A stretch of 64,000 nucleotides of DNA from Desulfobacterales bacterium (GCA_963668645.2 CAXXWC010000021.1:640001-704000), one strand, 5' to 3'. Positions 36,201-39,929 are shown, counted from the first letter of the stretch. Notes: generated by a model not told the origin, from the sequence alone. Made by a program: numbers and translations.

Positions 36201-37755
36201 TGAAATCTGCGCCCGGGACAAATGTGTAAGAGCCGTCCGCACCGATGGTGAATTTGCCACCGCCTGATCCGTCAACAGCCTGCCCCACATTACCCGCAAC
36301 ACCATCAACTGCCGACACCGTATGAGTATCGCTCGTATCCAGATCGATGTCGTTGGCAAGCACATTGCCCGAGGCATCGAGGTTCTCTGTCGTCGTGCCG
36401 CTGTCGGCCACAGCTACCGGCACGTCGTTGGTGCCGGCTATAATCACCGTAATCGTCTGGGTGGCGGTGGCCCCGAATTCGTCAGTAACTGTGGCAGTGA
36501 AAGTCTCGGTAACGGTCTGGCCTTCATTCAGGCCTTGCGTGATTTCCAGTGGGTTATCCAGAGTGTAGGTCCAGATGCCAGTTTCCGGATCAATCCCTAT
36601 GGAACCATAATCACTGTCACCCGACACACTCCACGCAGCCGTGGCATCAGCATCCACATCTGAAGAAGTAAGGAAACCGGTTACTGAAGGGATCCCGGCT
36701 ACGACGCTGCCGTCGTCTTCATTGCCGGCCTCGATAACCGTTCCTGAAGCGTCATCCGCGCCCGAAGTAATTACCGGCGCATCATTGACTGCTGAAACAA
36801 TAATGTTGACGGTGCCGGTATCAGATGCTCCACTGATATCGCTCGCCTTAAAAGTGAAACTGTCCAGACCGTTGTAATCTGCATCCGGTTCATAGATGTA
36901 ACTGCCATCGCTATTCAGTGTCACTGTGCCGTGTGCAGGACCACTGGTTTTACTGAAAAAGAGCCTATCCTTGTCGATATCTGCAGCGACGGCCTGCCCA
37001 TAAAGCGGTGTATCTTCTAAAGTCGTAATTATTGTATCGGAAGCCTCAGGGGCGTTATTTCCATAGACTACAGAAACGATTTCGCCGAGTGAAATAGCAG
37101 GCCGGGTTCCTTCTGCATCAGGATATGCCCCGTCGCTGGCGCCCTCCCCTACCGGACCGCCCCTCAGTATCCATATAGGATTTTCCGGTAAAACGGATGG
37201 CACGTAATTTGGGGATAAAATTATGCTTATGGCTTCCGCCTGAAAGGAAGGCTCACTGGATCCGGCCAAAGGCGTGACAATGCTCTTATCCAGAAAAGGA
37301 CTCGCAGAGGGAAGCGGAATCGGTTCGGGGGCATTAGCGTTTGACCCTGCCGGAGAACTATCAGTGGCGAAACGGCCGGAATTGAGAGGATGATCGCTAT
37401 CCGATTCCGGAGGGGAGTCTGTAGAGACAAGTGAATCAGATCCGGAATCAACGGGAGGGGTGTCGCCTACCCCAAATAAAAGCGTCGGCGGCTGGGGGCC
37501 TGAAAGGTCGGAATGAAAGTTTTCCAACACAATGTCTCCCCAGTGCTCTATGGAGAGTATCAGGCTTCCTGATTCATATTTTGAAACAACCGATTGGGGG
37601 TCTATATTGATCAGTCTGATTTGATCTCCGGGAGAGATCTGTATTTTTTCTCCGGGCATCACATGGAACTCTCGCCTTTCGCCATCCGAATTGACAACAA
37701 GAATTTCAACATCCATTTTTTCCCCACAATCTATAGCCATACGATTGAATTGCAT
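9217..37755 (-). CDS. Giant RTX adhesin / T1SS-secreted repetitive surface protein (9,512 aa)
   Basis: Single uninterrupted ORF rich in D/G/T/S/A. Contains VCBS/cadherin-like repeats (GTNDGPVAVAD), GGxGxDxL nonamers, FG-GAP repeats (AGDVNGDGxDDLIVGA) and Calx-beta (DGTATAGEDY). Sits 14 bp upstream of tolC. Alternative start at 37716. Confidence 0.95.
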   Translation of the reverse strand: MQFNRMAIDCGEKMDVEILVVNSDGERREFHVMPGEKIQISPGDQIRLINIDPQSVVSKYESGSLILSIEHWGDIVLENFHSDLSGPQPPTLLFGVGDTPPVDSGSDSLVSTDSPPESDSDHPLNSGRFATDSSPAGSNANAPEPIPLPSASPFLDKSIVTPLAGSSEPSFQAEAISIILSPNYVPSVLPENPIWILRGGPVGEGASDGAYPDAEGTRPAISLGEIVSVVYGNNAPEASDTIITTLEDTPLYGQAVAADIDKDRLFFSKTSGPAHGTVTLNSDGSYIYEPDADYNGLDSFTFKASDISGASDTGTVNIIVSAVNDAPVITSGADDASGTVIEAGNEDDGSVVAGIPSVTGFLTSSDVDADATAAWSVSGDSDYGSIGIDPETGIWTYTLDNPLEITQGLNEGQTVTETFTATVTDEFGATATQTITVIIAGTNDVPVAVADSGTTTENLDASGNVLANDIDLDTSDTHTVSAVDGVAGNVGQAVDGSGGGKFTIGADGSYTFVPGADFNDLAVGESRTTSIEYTNADNNGGTDTATLTITVSGTNDGPVAVADSGTTTENAETSGNVLSNDTDLDTSDTHTVSQVGGDAGNVGQAVDGSDGGKFVVNADGSYTFAPGTDFDDLAAGESRTTSISYTNADNNGGTDNATLTVTVTGTNDGPVAVADSGTTSENVDTSGNVLFNDTDLDASDTHTVSAVDGVAGNVGQAVDGSAGGKFVVNADGSYTFAPGTDFDDLAAGESRTTSIEYTNLDNNGGTDTATLTVTVTGTNDGPVAVADSGTTTENVETSGNVLSNDTDLDTSDSHTVSAVEGDAVNVGQAVDGSNGGEFTIGADGSYTFVPGADFDDLAAGESRTTSIEYTNLDNNGGTDTATLTVTVTGTNDGPVAVADSGTTTENVETSGNVLSNDTDLDTSDSHTVSAVEGDAVNVGQAVDGSDGGKFTIGADGSYTFAPGTDFDDLAAGESRTTSITYTNADNNGGIDTATLTITVTGTNDGPVAVADSGTTTENAETSGNVFANDTDPDTSDSHTVSQVGGDAANVGQAVAGSDGGKFTIDADGSYTFAPGTDFNDLAAGESRTTSIEYTNLDNNGGTDTATLTVTVTGTNDGPVAVADSGTTTENVETSGNVLSNDTDLDTSDSHAVSAVEGDAVNVGQAVDGSDGGKFTIGADGSYTFAPGTDFDDLAAGEQRTTSITYTNADNNGGTDTATLTVTVSGTNDGPVAVADSGTTTENLDTSGNVLSNDTDPDTSDSHTVSQVGGDAANVGQAVAGSDGGKFTIGADGSYTFAPGTDFNDLAVGEQRTTSIEYTNADNNGGTDTATLTITVSGTNDGPVAVADSGTTTENVDTSGNVLSNDTDLDTSDSHTVSAVDGVAANVGQAVDGSAGGKFTIGADGSYTFAPGTDFNDLAVGESRTTSIEYTNADNNGGTDTATLTITVSGTNDGPVAVADSGTTTENLDTSGNVLSNDTDPDTSDSHTVSQVGGDAANVGQAVAGSDGGKFVVNADGSYTFAPGTDFDDLAAGESRTTSIEYTNADDNGGTDSATLTVTVTGTNDGPVAVADSGTTTENLDTSGNVLSNDTDPDTSDSHTVSQVGGDAANVGQAVDGSNGGEFTIGADGSYTFVPGADFDDLAAGESRTTSITYTNVDNNGGTDTATLTVTVTGTNDGPVAVADSGTTIENAETLGNVLSNDTDLDTSDTHTVSQVGGDAGNVGQAVDGSNGGEFTIGADGSYAFVPGADFDDLAAGESRTTSITYTNADNNGATDSSTLTITVTGTNDGPVAVADSGTTTENAETLGNVLANDTDLDTSDSHTVFQVGGDAANVGQAVDGSNGGEFTIGADGSYTFVPGADFDDLAAGESRTTSITYTNVDNNGGTDTATLTVTVTGTNDGPVAVADSGTTIENAETLGNVLSNDTDLDTSDTHTVSQVGGDAGNVDQAVDGSAGGKFVVNADGSYTFAPGTDFDDLAAGESRTTSIEYTNLDNNGGTDTATLTVTVTGTNDGPVAVADSGTTTENVETSGNVLSNDTDLDTSDSHTVSAVEGDAVNVGQAVDGSDGGKFTIGADGSYTFAPGTDFNDLAVGESRTTSIEYTNADNNGGTDTATLTISVSGTNDGPVAVADSGTTTENLDTSGNVLSNDTDPDTSDSHTVSQVGGDAANVGQAVAGSDGGKFTIGADGSYTFVPGNDFDDLAAGESRTTSIEYTNLDNNGGTDTATLTVTVTGTNDGPVAVADSGTTTENVETSGNVLSNDTDLDTSDSHAVSAVEGDAANVGQAVDGSDGGKFVVNADGFYTFAPGTDFDDLAAGESRTTSIEYTNLDNNGGTDTATLTVTVTGTNDGPVAVADSGTTTENVDTSGNVLSNDTDLDTSDSHTVSAVEGDAVNVGQAVDGSDGGKFTIGADGSYTFASGTDFDDLAAGESRTTSITYTNADNNGATDSSTLTITVIGTNDAPAGADKTITILEDGNHTFAVADFGFTDPTDSPADSLLKVKITTLPDAGTLKLDGTDVGEGDFIDVADLTKLVFTPTADAYGNGYASFTFQVQDDGGTENGGVDLDASANTITFNVSPVADIANDTAEVAEDGSVTTDVLANDTFEDTGRTIVSVTQAGHGTVEIVDAAAGTVKYTPDADFNGEDSYTYTVTSGGVSETATVTVSVTAVDDPATIGGDSSGTGDEDTLISGTLTATDVADGMSDGSYFTIESGDNAAHGTASIDEGTGAWSYTSDADYHGTDSFTVTVTDDAGNTKTQIVSLSVSAVADITDDTAEVAEDGSVTTDVLANDTFEDTGRTIVSVTQAGHGTVEIVDAAAGTVKYTPDADFNGQDSYTYTVTSGGVSETATVTVSVTAVDDPATIGGDSSGTGNEDTLISGTLTATDVADGMSDGSYFTIESGDNAAHGTASIDAATGAWSYTPDADYHGTDSFTVTVTDDAGNTKTQIVSLSVSAVADITDDTAEVAEDGSVTTDVLANDTFEDTGRTIVSVTQAGHGTVEIVDAAAGTVKYTPDADFNGQDSYTYTVTSGGVSETATVTVSVTAVDDPATIGGDSSGTGDEDTLISGTLTATDDADGMSDGSYFTIESGDNAAHGTASIDEGTGAWNYTPDADYHGTDSFTVTVTDDAGNTKTQIVSLSVSAVADITDDTAEVAEDGSVTTDVLANDTFEDTGRTIVSVTQAGHGTVEIVDAAAGTVKYTPDADFNGQDSYTYTVTSGGVSETATVTVSVTAVDDPATIGGDSSGTGNEDTLISGTLTATDAADGMSDGSYFTIESGDNAAHGTASIDEGTGAWSYTPDADYHGEDSFTVTVTDDAGNTKTQIVSLSVSAVSDITDDTAEVAEDGSVTTDVLANDTFEDTGRAIVSVTQAGHGTVEIVDAAAGTVKYTPDADFNGQDSYTYTVTSGGVSETATVTVSVTAVDDPATIGGDSSGTGNEDTLISGTLTATDDADGMSDGSYFTIESGDNAAHGTASIDEGTGAWSYTSDADYHGEDSFTVTVTDDAGNTKTQIVSLSVSAVSDITDDTAEVAEDGSVTTDVLANDTFEDTGRAIVSVTQAGHGTVEIVDAAAGTVKYTPDADFNGQDSYTYTVTSGGVSETATVTVSVTAVDDPATIGGDSSGTGNEDTLISGTLTATDDADGMSDGSYFTIESGDNAAHGTASIDAATGAWNYTPDADYNGTDSFTVTVTDDAGNTATQVVSVSVSAVADTPTLNVADVTATSDSPVDLTISSLLSDIDGSETLSLVISGIPDGASLSAGTDNGDGSWTLTPAQLSGLSLTLADDTDRSIDLNVTATATETNGDTASVSKSLNITINNAPTVEGDKVVSMADDDSAVIALDISAPTDPDGDNLTIEITALPDNGTLYLAGGTAVTTTGELTAEQLSGLTFTPDNIDETQTTELIYIVKDDYGVQAESVVTIEVRNEITDGDRNPVIATGSDGNDLIFIDTADIVSIHAGEGIDTLILNNGSGLPLDLTAIGDGAITGIDRMDITGCGNNVLTLSSDNVAAMSDSGTLTVLGDAGDEIHLRGQWQAGEDQVIGGATYTPYTLGDTTVLVAAAVTALVIIEGTEGADTLTGTSGPDLILGLDGPDILDGRDGADSLQGGAGNDILVFDPNDSLMDGGAGDKDVLRVDGSGVSLDLTAIDDALITGMERIDITGSGDNQLILSTADVLALSDTSDTLTILGDSGDRVTLEGTWTVSGTQPVDDEIFYKYINGDAVVLVHPDVIANLHLEGTDGDDALTGGRGDDVISGLAGNDILDGQAGADSLSGGSGDDVLVFDAADTSVDGGEGEDTLRVDGHGQVVDLMETDDGVFTGIEIIDLTGDGGNSLIVGSADILAINDDGTLVVDGTEEDTVNLQGTWSGPVDEVIAGQTYHVYTLNGATLKVLDGITVGNVITGTENDDTLIGTAGIDVIRAEAGNDFIDGAGGSDILRGGAGDDRLVFDANDSIIDGGTDTDTLLVDEDLDLTNLDDGLLRNIEIIDITGTGDNSLTLTGSDISALTDTDTLTVTGDAGDSLILYGPWDTAGTETIGGTEYTCYEQDETVVRVAPDVSVSILVIGTEGKDVLTGGTAAETVSGLEGNDTLDGGGGADSIYGGDGDDVIVFDADDVLIDGGTGTDTLRLSGSGQILDTDDFSDGQVTGIEIIDLTGTGDNAVIVSPEAVEAIFDGLLIVKGDTGDSVTFGGQWTAHGTEKVDGVTYDVYESGENRVLVDLDVALGQVVMGTEGDDTLTGGEGADIVSGLGGDDILDGARGVDELHGGTGNDTLVYDEADHLVDGGTGTDTLRVDGAGTIIDLPETADDVFTGIEIIDLTGTGDNRLILGEVDVLAMSDTGTLEVRGDGGDIVNLDGTWTADGTDGDGNFRYVSGEATVLVAPEVTIASVIHGTDGADTLSDSTGDHVIRGEEGDDTLTGGTGDHVLDGGAGDDVLVYDAADSRFDGGTGTDTLRVDGAGEHIDLTEDAGNRILGIEKIDLTGTGANELTADEDAVMGASDAGSLIIHGDGDDVVNLFGSWVSQGTATHDGVDYYVLTLNEASVEVSAASTIVVTNELGGVTVFGTDGDDELTVPEAGSAVSAGGDDIIVLDSTNFTQIDGGEGYDVVDISRESTSLDTTLLPATALTDIEEITMLRTTGITNSLTLSAEDVIAATDSDNELVVSGETRDYLYLQGEWTEGEDRIIGDTTYKTVISEDGQATVVYTAGIRFYYTNPTDQISEFGVGEQAGLTLINSGINEYAGCAVAGLGDVDGDGLDDILVSAYGAKTSWLIFGRETGFGEIDLDDLGTGGVTITGGPTARYTDTVQSAGDVNGDGYDDFLIQFGTDDQAALIFGKAGGWTDLDLNDLGDNGIVINGFAFTNDRMHIAGVGDVNGDGYDDLVIGGDMTTTDDNSTNQRGLTYLVYGQQDGWTDISLNDNTSGQVVTMRGDTWDWAGYSVSAAGDINGDGYADFLVGAPRSTDRYYSSGKYYDDTSDRDGTVYLVLGNGDDWNDFYLSSGQQVIEIAGTSGGDQQAGQYVSSVGDVNGDGYDDLIVSQLRSSSSSYWNAYLIFGSADISDMNLSDLGDQGIQITNSLSLSTSSANQVTGIGDIDGDGYDDFMISMPVNDDSDTDAGAVFVVYGKADGWEDFDVAKIGEDGLEITGGFANEKLGTGICAAGDFDGDGITDILMGSPYNHQDGYQSGSAFLLRGGDYSEAVVGVGSDSADIVLGSYASDKLAGQGGDDTLVGLGGEDILSGGAGDDIIGVSNLDFILVDGGTGSDTLRLDGGDLTLDFSGYAGTRMIGFERIDLGVGTFNAGNCLEANYDEVMSLLGRQLYGYNGTKLYVDGDNRDSVTLEGPWAVLGTDGDYVRYALEGIEVWVDADITVTVEGWKILYQGATIDLDNAPEGIRIEQDAVAGSWTAVAAAGDVNGDGFDDLIFGYPDTGSATMSVTISTGETRSFSRSVGESYVIFGSSGGISDVDLTSLDDDALGVGLTGGNWADRTYDPDDYSQVTAVTGDNSQGEYAGSSVTALGDVNGDGLVDILVGACNYSVTVTPGVSYRGTYPTVDYSEEGRVYLNFGTETWTGTSLAESDVIITGSDQSANIGSVISGAGDVNGDGIDDILINDGTDVVLILGTSDGWSNSDLDGLGDQSVTISGISRAEDSDLTAVGDVNADGYDDFVISAPSLNSYAGGVYLIFGGPQESWTDFDVTDFNDPSRMICLAGTVASARAGEQVEAIGDINGDGIDDFLVNASYTSASHTWYQDGAAYVVFGRSGGWSDLDLENLRDGGFKLTGASDFEHAGEYLAGLGDVNGDGYDDFIISSSLASNGADEGGDAYLIFGRADGWEDIDLAHMSEYGIQLTGGDSYCEPVGVGDVDGDGFNDVLIGSDLLYGGDFLGTVTAHASDVAGETLTGTLEAEQLIGNCGDDILVSGGGADVLYGGAGDDRIEIPDDDFQRIDGGTGQDTLALTGAAMTLDLNAAGTNIQRIEKIDLSAPGNHTLVVSPGSAGAMNDANIPLYVSGDDDDTVILLGQWDLSQDPVVEGEVTYSSYTYGEMQVLVETGICVQTVTPVVTVSNATVTEGGIAEFTVTLAQALAFTLTLGYGTMDGTATAAEDYVAAAGSLVFAPGETSKTFQVVISEDAAFEQGESFSVVLSGASYIDIGDATARIVDNDAPVSEDLGFVGQKIIGEEASDQAGYSVSSIGDVNGDGLDDILVGAIAGDDDADLNTGAAYVIFGGTEGPIDLGEVASGIGGFKMYGDSSGDQAGYSVSAAGDVNGDGIGDMIVGSNAATAYVVYGNADGSSVDLSALDPAVNGFTITGVSDYAGRCVSAAGDINGDGYADLIVGAPYHDTGTSNSGSAFVIYGSAGDEASDVDLSDIGTGGFEIYGENSSDYAGWSVSSAGDVNGDGYDDLIVGAYQNDAGGTYAGAAYVIYGRQGGYDAAINLDDVAAGNNGYGFKIIGEVSYDYAGYSVSSAGDINGDGYDDLIVGAYGNDAGGSYAGAAYVIYGRQGGYDTAINMDDVAAGNNEYGFKIIGEAGSDYAGYSVSSAGDVNGDGYDDLLIGAYRNDAGGTDTGAAYLVYGSADAPSSAAIDLSDVAGGTGGFKLYGNAASDYAGWSVSSAGDVNGDGFADLLVGAYQADDGGSGSGTAYIVYGGNYTASVNRLGTDEDDTLTGTAADESLVGGLGDDTLISGGGADVLYGGAGNDRIEIADCDFLRIDGGTGQDTLAFGSGGTALFLTVSNNQINNIETFDISGTGANSLVIAAQSIVRINDSSQTIRIIGDGDDQVTLLGEWGDPVSVTDESGTFDQYTIGTTVVQVESEIASRAVEPVFTVSDPFVSEDGTLVQFTITLNEALDFDLTLDYATADGTATAGEDYTAVWGSLTFEAGQTSALIEVAVADDDLFEGNETFSLQIGTSVLGVSAEDTGLAIIGDNDSPTSENLGLVGQKIIGEDGSDQAGYSVAAAGDVNGDGLDDVIVGATYDDDGGSNAGAAYVVYGGTDGPIDLGEVASGIGGFKMYGDYNYDQAGSSVSSAGDVNGDGLDDLLVGAPYNDDGGSSSGSAYVVYGREDGYDTALDLNDLGANGFHIIGDSSSDYAGYAVSSAGDFNGDGYVDLIVGASNEGSVYLIYGQSGTDIADLDLSSIGDRGFKIIGESSSDYAGCTVAAAGDVNGDGLDDIIIGAPYDDDGGDSSGTAYVVYGTSENLSSLSLSYVASTSYDYGFKIIGETGSDHAGYSVSGAGDINGDGYADILVGASGNDAGGSSAGAVYVIYGRAGGYDANVNLDDVAADNNEYGFKIVGESGSGNAGFSVSMVGDINGDGYDDLLVGAYLDDNDGGTDAGAVYVVYGNSGGYDATVNLADVAAGTGGFKLFGDTASGEAGYSVSAAGDVNGDGFADLIIGVPYDDEGGTDAGAAYIFYGGDYNQDVDQQGTAGNDTLSGTAAGERLIGGQGDDTLISGGGADVLYGGAGNDSILVEDVGFFRVDGGSGEDTLVLNGAGNRLDLTAALLITHVETFDISGTGANTICLSSESLASMELDGGILRITGDADDRILLYGNWGESTTVTIDSGTYDQYTIGSFQVLVETEISDQEAMAAESLAEIGQKLVGVEGSDQAGYSVAAAGDVNGDGLDDVIVGAIYGDDDAQVNTGAAYVIFSGSDETIDLSDVVAGTGGFWMFGDLNSDQAGYSVSAAGDVNGDGIGDVIVGAPYNDDAGSSCGVAYVVYGRADGGAVDLDTLDPATDGFTITGYSADQAGRSVSAAGDINGDGYADLIVGAPYHDTGSSSSGSVFVIYGKPVDEASDVDLSDIGTDGFEIYGENYSDYAGYAVSGVGDVNGDGYDDLIVGAYQNDAGGSNAGAAYVIYGRQGGYDAAINLADVAAGNNGYGFKIIGETSSDYAGYSVSSAGDINGDGYDDLIVGAYQNDNGGSSSSNMGAAYVIYGRQGGYDAAIDLADVAADNNEYGFKIIGEANYDYAGYSVSSAGDVNGDGYDDVIVGAYLNDAGGSDAGAAYVVYGSGQGYASSVDLADVAKGKGGFKLVGESSGDYAGWSVSSAGDVDGDGFDDLLVGVPQDDDNGNSSGTAYIVYGGNFTLSVDLLGTDENDTLTGTAADESLIGGQGDDTLISGGGADLLYGGAGDDVIELTDGGFRRIDGGTGQDTLSLTGAGATLSLTASNNQLNNIEVFDLTGTGANTLVLAAQAVAHINDIDGTIRIFGDDGDRLVMLGDWGDPISVVDESGSFNQYTFGAALVLVDTDIACQSAAPVITVSDPLVAENGTFAQFIISLDQALDFDLTLDYATADGTATAGVDYTAVFGRITIEAGQISVQVQVPIVDDSGFEVEETFSLEVGQAILGVSTEGGGLAVIDDNDAPVSENLGLVGQKIIGEDSSDRAGYSVAWAGDVNGDGLDDVIVGATYDDDGGSNAGAAYVIFGGTEGPIDLGEVASGIGGFKMYGDSSGDQAGYSVSAAGDVNGDGIGDVIVGSNVATAYVVYGNADGGAVDLSALDPAVNGFTITGVSDYAGRCVSAAGDINGDGYADLIVGAPYHDTGTTNSGSAFVIYGSAGDEASDVDLSDIGTGGFEIYGENYSDYAGISVSLAGDVNGDGYDDLIVGVYQNDAGGSNAGAAYVIYGRQGGYDAAINLADVAVGNNGYGFKIIGEISSDYAGYSVSSAGDANGDGYDDLLIGAYGNDAGGSYAGAAYVIYGRQGGYDTAINMDDVAADNNEYGFKIIGEAGSDYAGYSVSSAGDVNGDGYDDLLIGAYRNDAGGTDTGAAYLVYGSADAPSSAIDLSDVAGGTGGFKLYGSAASDYAGWSVSSAGDVNGDGFADLLVGAYQADDGGDGSGTSYIVCGGDYTSSVDRLGTDGNDTLTGTAAGEILIGGQGDDTLISGGGADVLYGGAGDDSILVEDAGFFRIDGGGGEDTLGIDNDLDLTQMAGNQVEDIEKIDMTGTGDNHLTLGLGDVLDVTDDGNELFVDGDSGDSVSVADGTWSDGGIDSATGYHSYTCEGATLMIGLDLSVTIQTIL
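9730..22080 (-). repeat. Six FG-GAP (integrin-alpha-like beta-propeller) clusters within the adhesin, each followed by an RTX module; three Calx-beta domains interspersed
   Basis: Clusters at about 22080-20700, 20050-18630, 17760-16330, 15470-14030, 13490-12020 and 11160-9730, each with up to 7 GD(V/I)NGDG repeats. Clusters 3 and 6 are nearly identical in DNA. Calx-beta at about 18090-17790, 15800-15500 and 11500-11190. Boundaries are approximate. Confidence 0.85.
26637..30021 (-). repeat. Six tandem 564-bp (188-aa, two Ig-like/cadherin-like domains) repeats in the adhesin
   Basis: VADI(T/A)(D/N)DTAEVAEDGSV recurs every 564 bp; span 3384 = 6 x 564; near-identical DNA. Confidence 0.95.
30386..36433 (-). 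repeat. Eighteen tandem 336-bp (112-aa) VCBS/cadherin-like repeats in the adhesin
   Basis: GTND(G/V)PVAVADSGTT recurs every 336 bp; span about 6048 = 18 x 336. Confidence 0.95.
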
Positions 37756-38659
37756 ACATTTTCGATTAGCAGTCGATGACCGATATGAAAGGGAACTTAC
37801 TTTCTGGGAAGGAGACCAAAATGTAACTTAGGTCGTCTCCGAGACTAGCGGCTACTGCCGATTGATCAACGCGTTCCCCGACCCGAAAGTCACCGAGACT
37901 CAAACCCTGTAGCGCTCGACTGCCGTCTATAAACGGCTCGTGTTCAATCCCCCCGACCAACAGTGCCGAACCCAGGAAGATCGAAGCCTTACTGCAAAAA
38001 GGGGCTGCATTCATCCCACCCACTGCGCAGTCAGAGCATTGTGTCTGAAGTCGCCCCGGCACTATGGCTTCATTCTGGATAGCCAGTCATTTGGCCGGGT
38101 TGTCTACTGCGATGGTGGTATAACAAAGAGCATCGCGGCAGCGTCTTAGCGCTGCTCACGTCAAAACAGCTTCACCTCTTATCGCCATGCATCCGAATCA
38201 ACCCGCTTTCGGTACAAATGCGGGAGCGTGTCTTTCTCAATATCGTGCCTCATTTTCACCGATGCGTCCTCATCCTGCCTGCCGTCCACAACATTTATTC
38301 TTTTTTGTGGATACTTTATAGAGTCACAAAACATTGAGGTACCTACCTTCCACCGAAACGGCTGTCAAGAAATTAATCCCTGATTATGTACAAGTAGAAA
38401 ATAAGTAAAAAACTATCATCTACAGAATAGAGATTAACAATAACTCCCATAGAAAGATATTTTATACCGACCAGGGCGCAACCCGCCGAAGAAACTGTGC
38501 CGGTCACATCCGGTACCGGAAACGTAATCGTTCTCGACCAGGTGGTATTGATCCTGCGCCAGAGGTCATTGACGAGTTCGAGGCCATGACCTGGAGACGA
38601 CGGCAGCATGTGGCCATCTATAAAATGACAACAAGGCCTTTGGGCCGAGAAGGGGCAAA

Positions 38660-39026
38660 TTGAACGGCGATATAAGCGACGAAATAAAAGGTAAAGCCGA
38701 ACGCTTGCGGTCCGGCGAAAGGCTGGCGATTCTCGAGGTGGAACGCGTCCATCACCATCAGCGTTGCAGGATTGGGGACGGGATGCGTTCTGGATGCTGA
38801 AACCGGCACAGGCATCTTTGCCGAGGCGTTTTCCGCCAGGGGCGAAAAGGTCGTGGGCATCGATGCCGATGGCGCCATGTTGGAAATCGCCAGGGCCTGG
38901 TTCCGCAAACGGTGTTCAAGCTGGCACGTGCCGAGGCGATTTCCCACGGCGATGGGAAGTTCGATCTTTCCTTTCCGGGCTTTTTACTTCAAGAGACGGA
39001 TGCTCCGGTGCAGGCCTTAAAAAACG
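38660..39026 (+). pseudogene. Class I SAM-dependent methyltransferase pseudogene (two frameshifts, 3' end lost)
   Basis: Three successive frames read KAERLRSGERLAILEVERV / VLDAETGTGIFAEAF...VVGIDADGAMLEIAR / ARAEAISHGDGKFDL...LQETDAPVQALK, matching degenerate methyltransferase motifs. The sequence then runs into the metF stop codon. Confidence 0.7.
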
Positions 39027-39929
39027 TTACATGGTCACCGAGATGCCCGCTTGTTCAAGGACCTCGGGCACTACGTCGGTCCAGCCCAGGGGCATGATGT
39101 GCACCCCCTGGAACTTGTCCTTGTGCCGGGCGATGAAGCGGCCCATCATCTCGGCGGCCTTTTTCTTGCGGTCGGCCTTGTCCACCGACCCGATCTCGTC
39201 GATCCACGCCTGGGGCACGCTGATCCCCGAGACGTTGCGGTTCATGAAGTTTCCCATCTGGGGTGACTTGAGCACCACCACCCCCAGCTGGATCGGACGG
39301 CCGAACTTTTCCGTCTTGGCCACGAACTCGTCCACCACACGGTCGTCGTAGACCGCCTGGGTCTGGAAAAACTGGGCCCCGGCCTCGATCTTCTTTTTCA
39401 TCTTGAGCAACTGGAGGTCCAGCGGTTCGAAGTTGGGATTGACCACGGCGCCCAGGGCCATGTCCGGCGGATTCTCGATATCGTGGCCGGTGATGTCGTG
39501 GCCTTCCTGCAGTCCGCGGGCCATGGCGAGCAGCTGCACCGAATCGAGATCGAAGACCGGCTTGGCCGACTTGTGGTCCCCGAGCTGGATGTGATCGCCG
39601 GTAAGCAGCAGCACATTGTCGATCCCCAGCGAGTAGGCGGTCAGAAGGTCGCTTTGCAGCGCGATGCGGTTGCGGTCGCGGCAGGTGAGCTGGAAGATCG
39701 GCTCGATGCCCCGCTGCTTGAGCCCGACGCTGGCTGCCAGGGACCCGAGGCGCATGACGGCCGACTGGTTGTCGGTGACGTTGATCGCATGCACGAAATC
39801 CTGCAGGTGCCAGGCCTCCTGGGCGCAGGTGGGACTGACGCGCCAGTCGCGCGAAACGGCCCCCTTGATCGGACCGACTTCGCCGGTGATGACAAATTCG
39901 CCCTTATCGAAAAGTTTGGTGATTTTCAT
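39027..39929 (-). CDS. metF: Methylenetetrahydrofolate reductase, flavin subunit
   Basis: ITGEVGPIKG, AINVTDNQSAVMRLGS, QLTCRDRNRIALQSDL, LLLTGDH, KKKIEAGAQFFQTQAVYD, GVHIMPLG. Confidence 0.95.
   Translation of the reverse strand: MKITKLFDKGEFVITGEVGPIKGAVSRDWRVSPTCAQEAWHLQDFVHAINVTDNQSAVMRLGSLAASVGLKQRGIEPIFQLTCRDRNRIALQSDLLTAYSLGIDNVLLLTGDHIQLGDHKSAKPVFDLDSVQLLAMARGLQEGHDITGHDIENPPDMALGAVVNPNFEPLDLQLLKMKKKIEAGAQFFQTQAVYDDRVVDEFVAKTEKFGRPIQLGVVVLKSPQMGNFMNRNVSGISVPQAWIDEIGSVDKADRKKKAAEMMGRFIARHKDKFQGVHIMPLGWTDVVPEVLEQAGISVTM

Noticed and set aside
26637..36433. Regular repeats considered as a CRISPR array
   Set aside because: Units are 336 and 564 bp, in-frame coding, with no unique spacers and no cas genes.
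4194..36877. Many long plus-strand ORFs opposite the T1SS genes and adhesin (e.g. 5546-7417, 12241-14508, 22681-24453)
   Set aside because: Antisense shadows expected from GC-rich codon bias. They repeat with the adhesin's periodicity and have no recognisable motifs.
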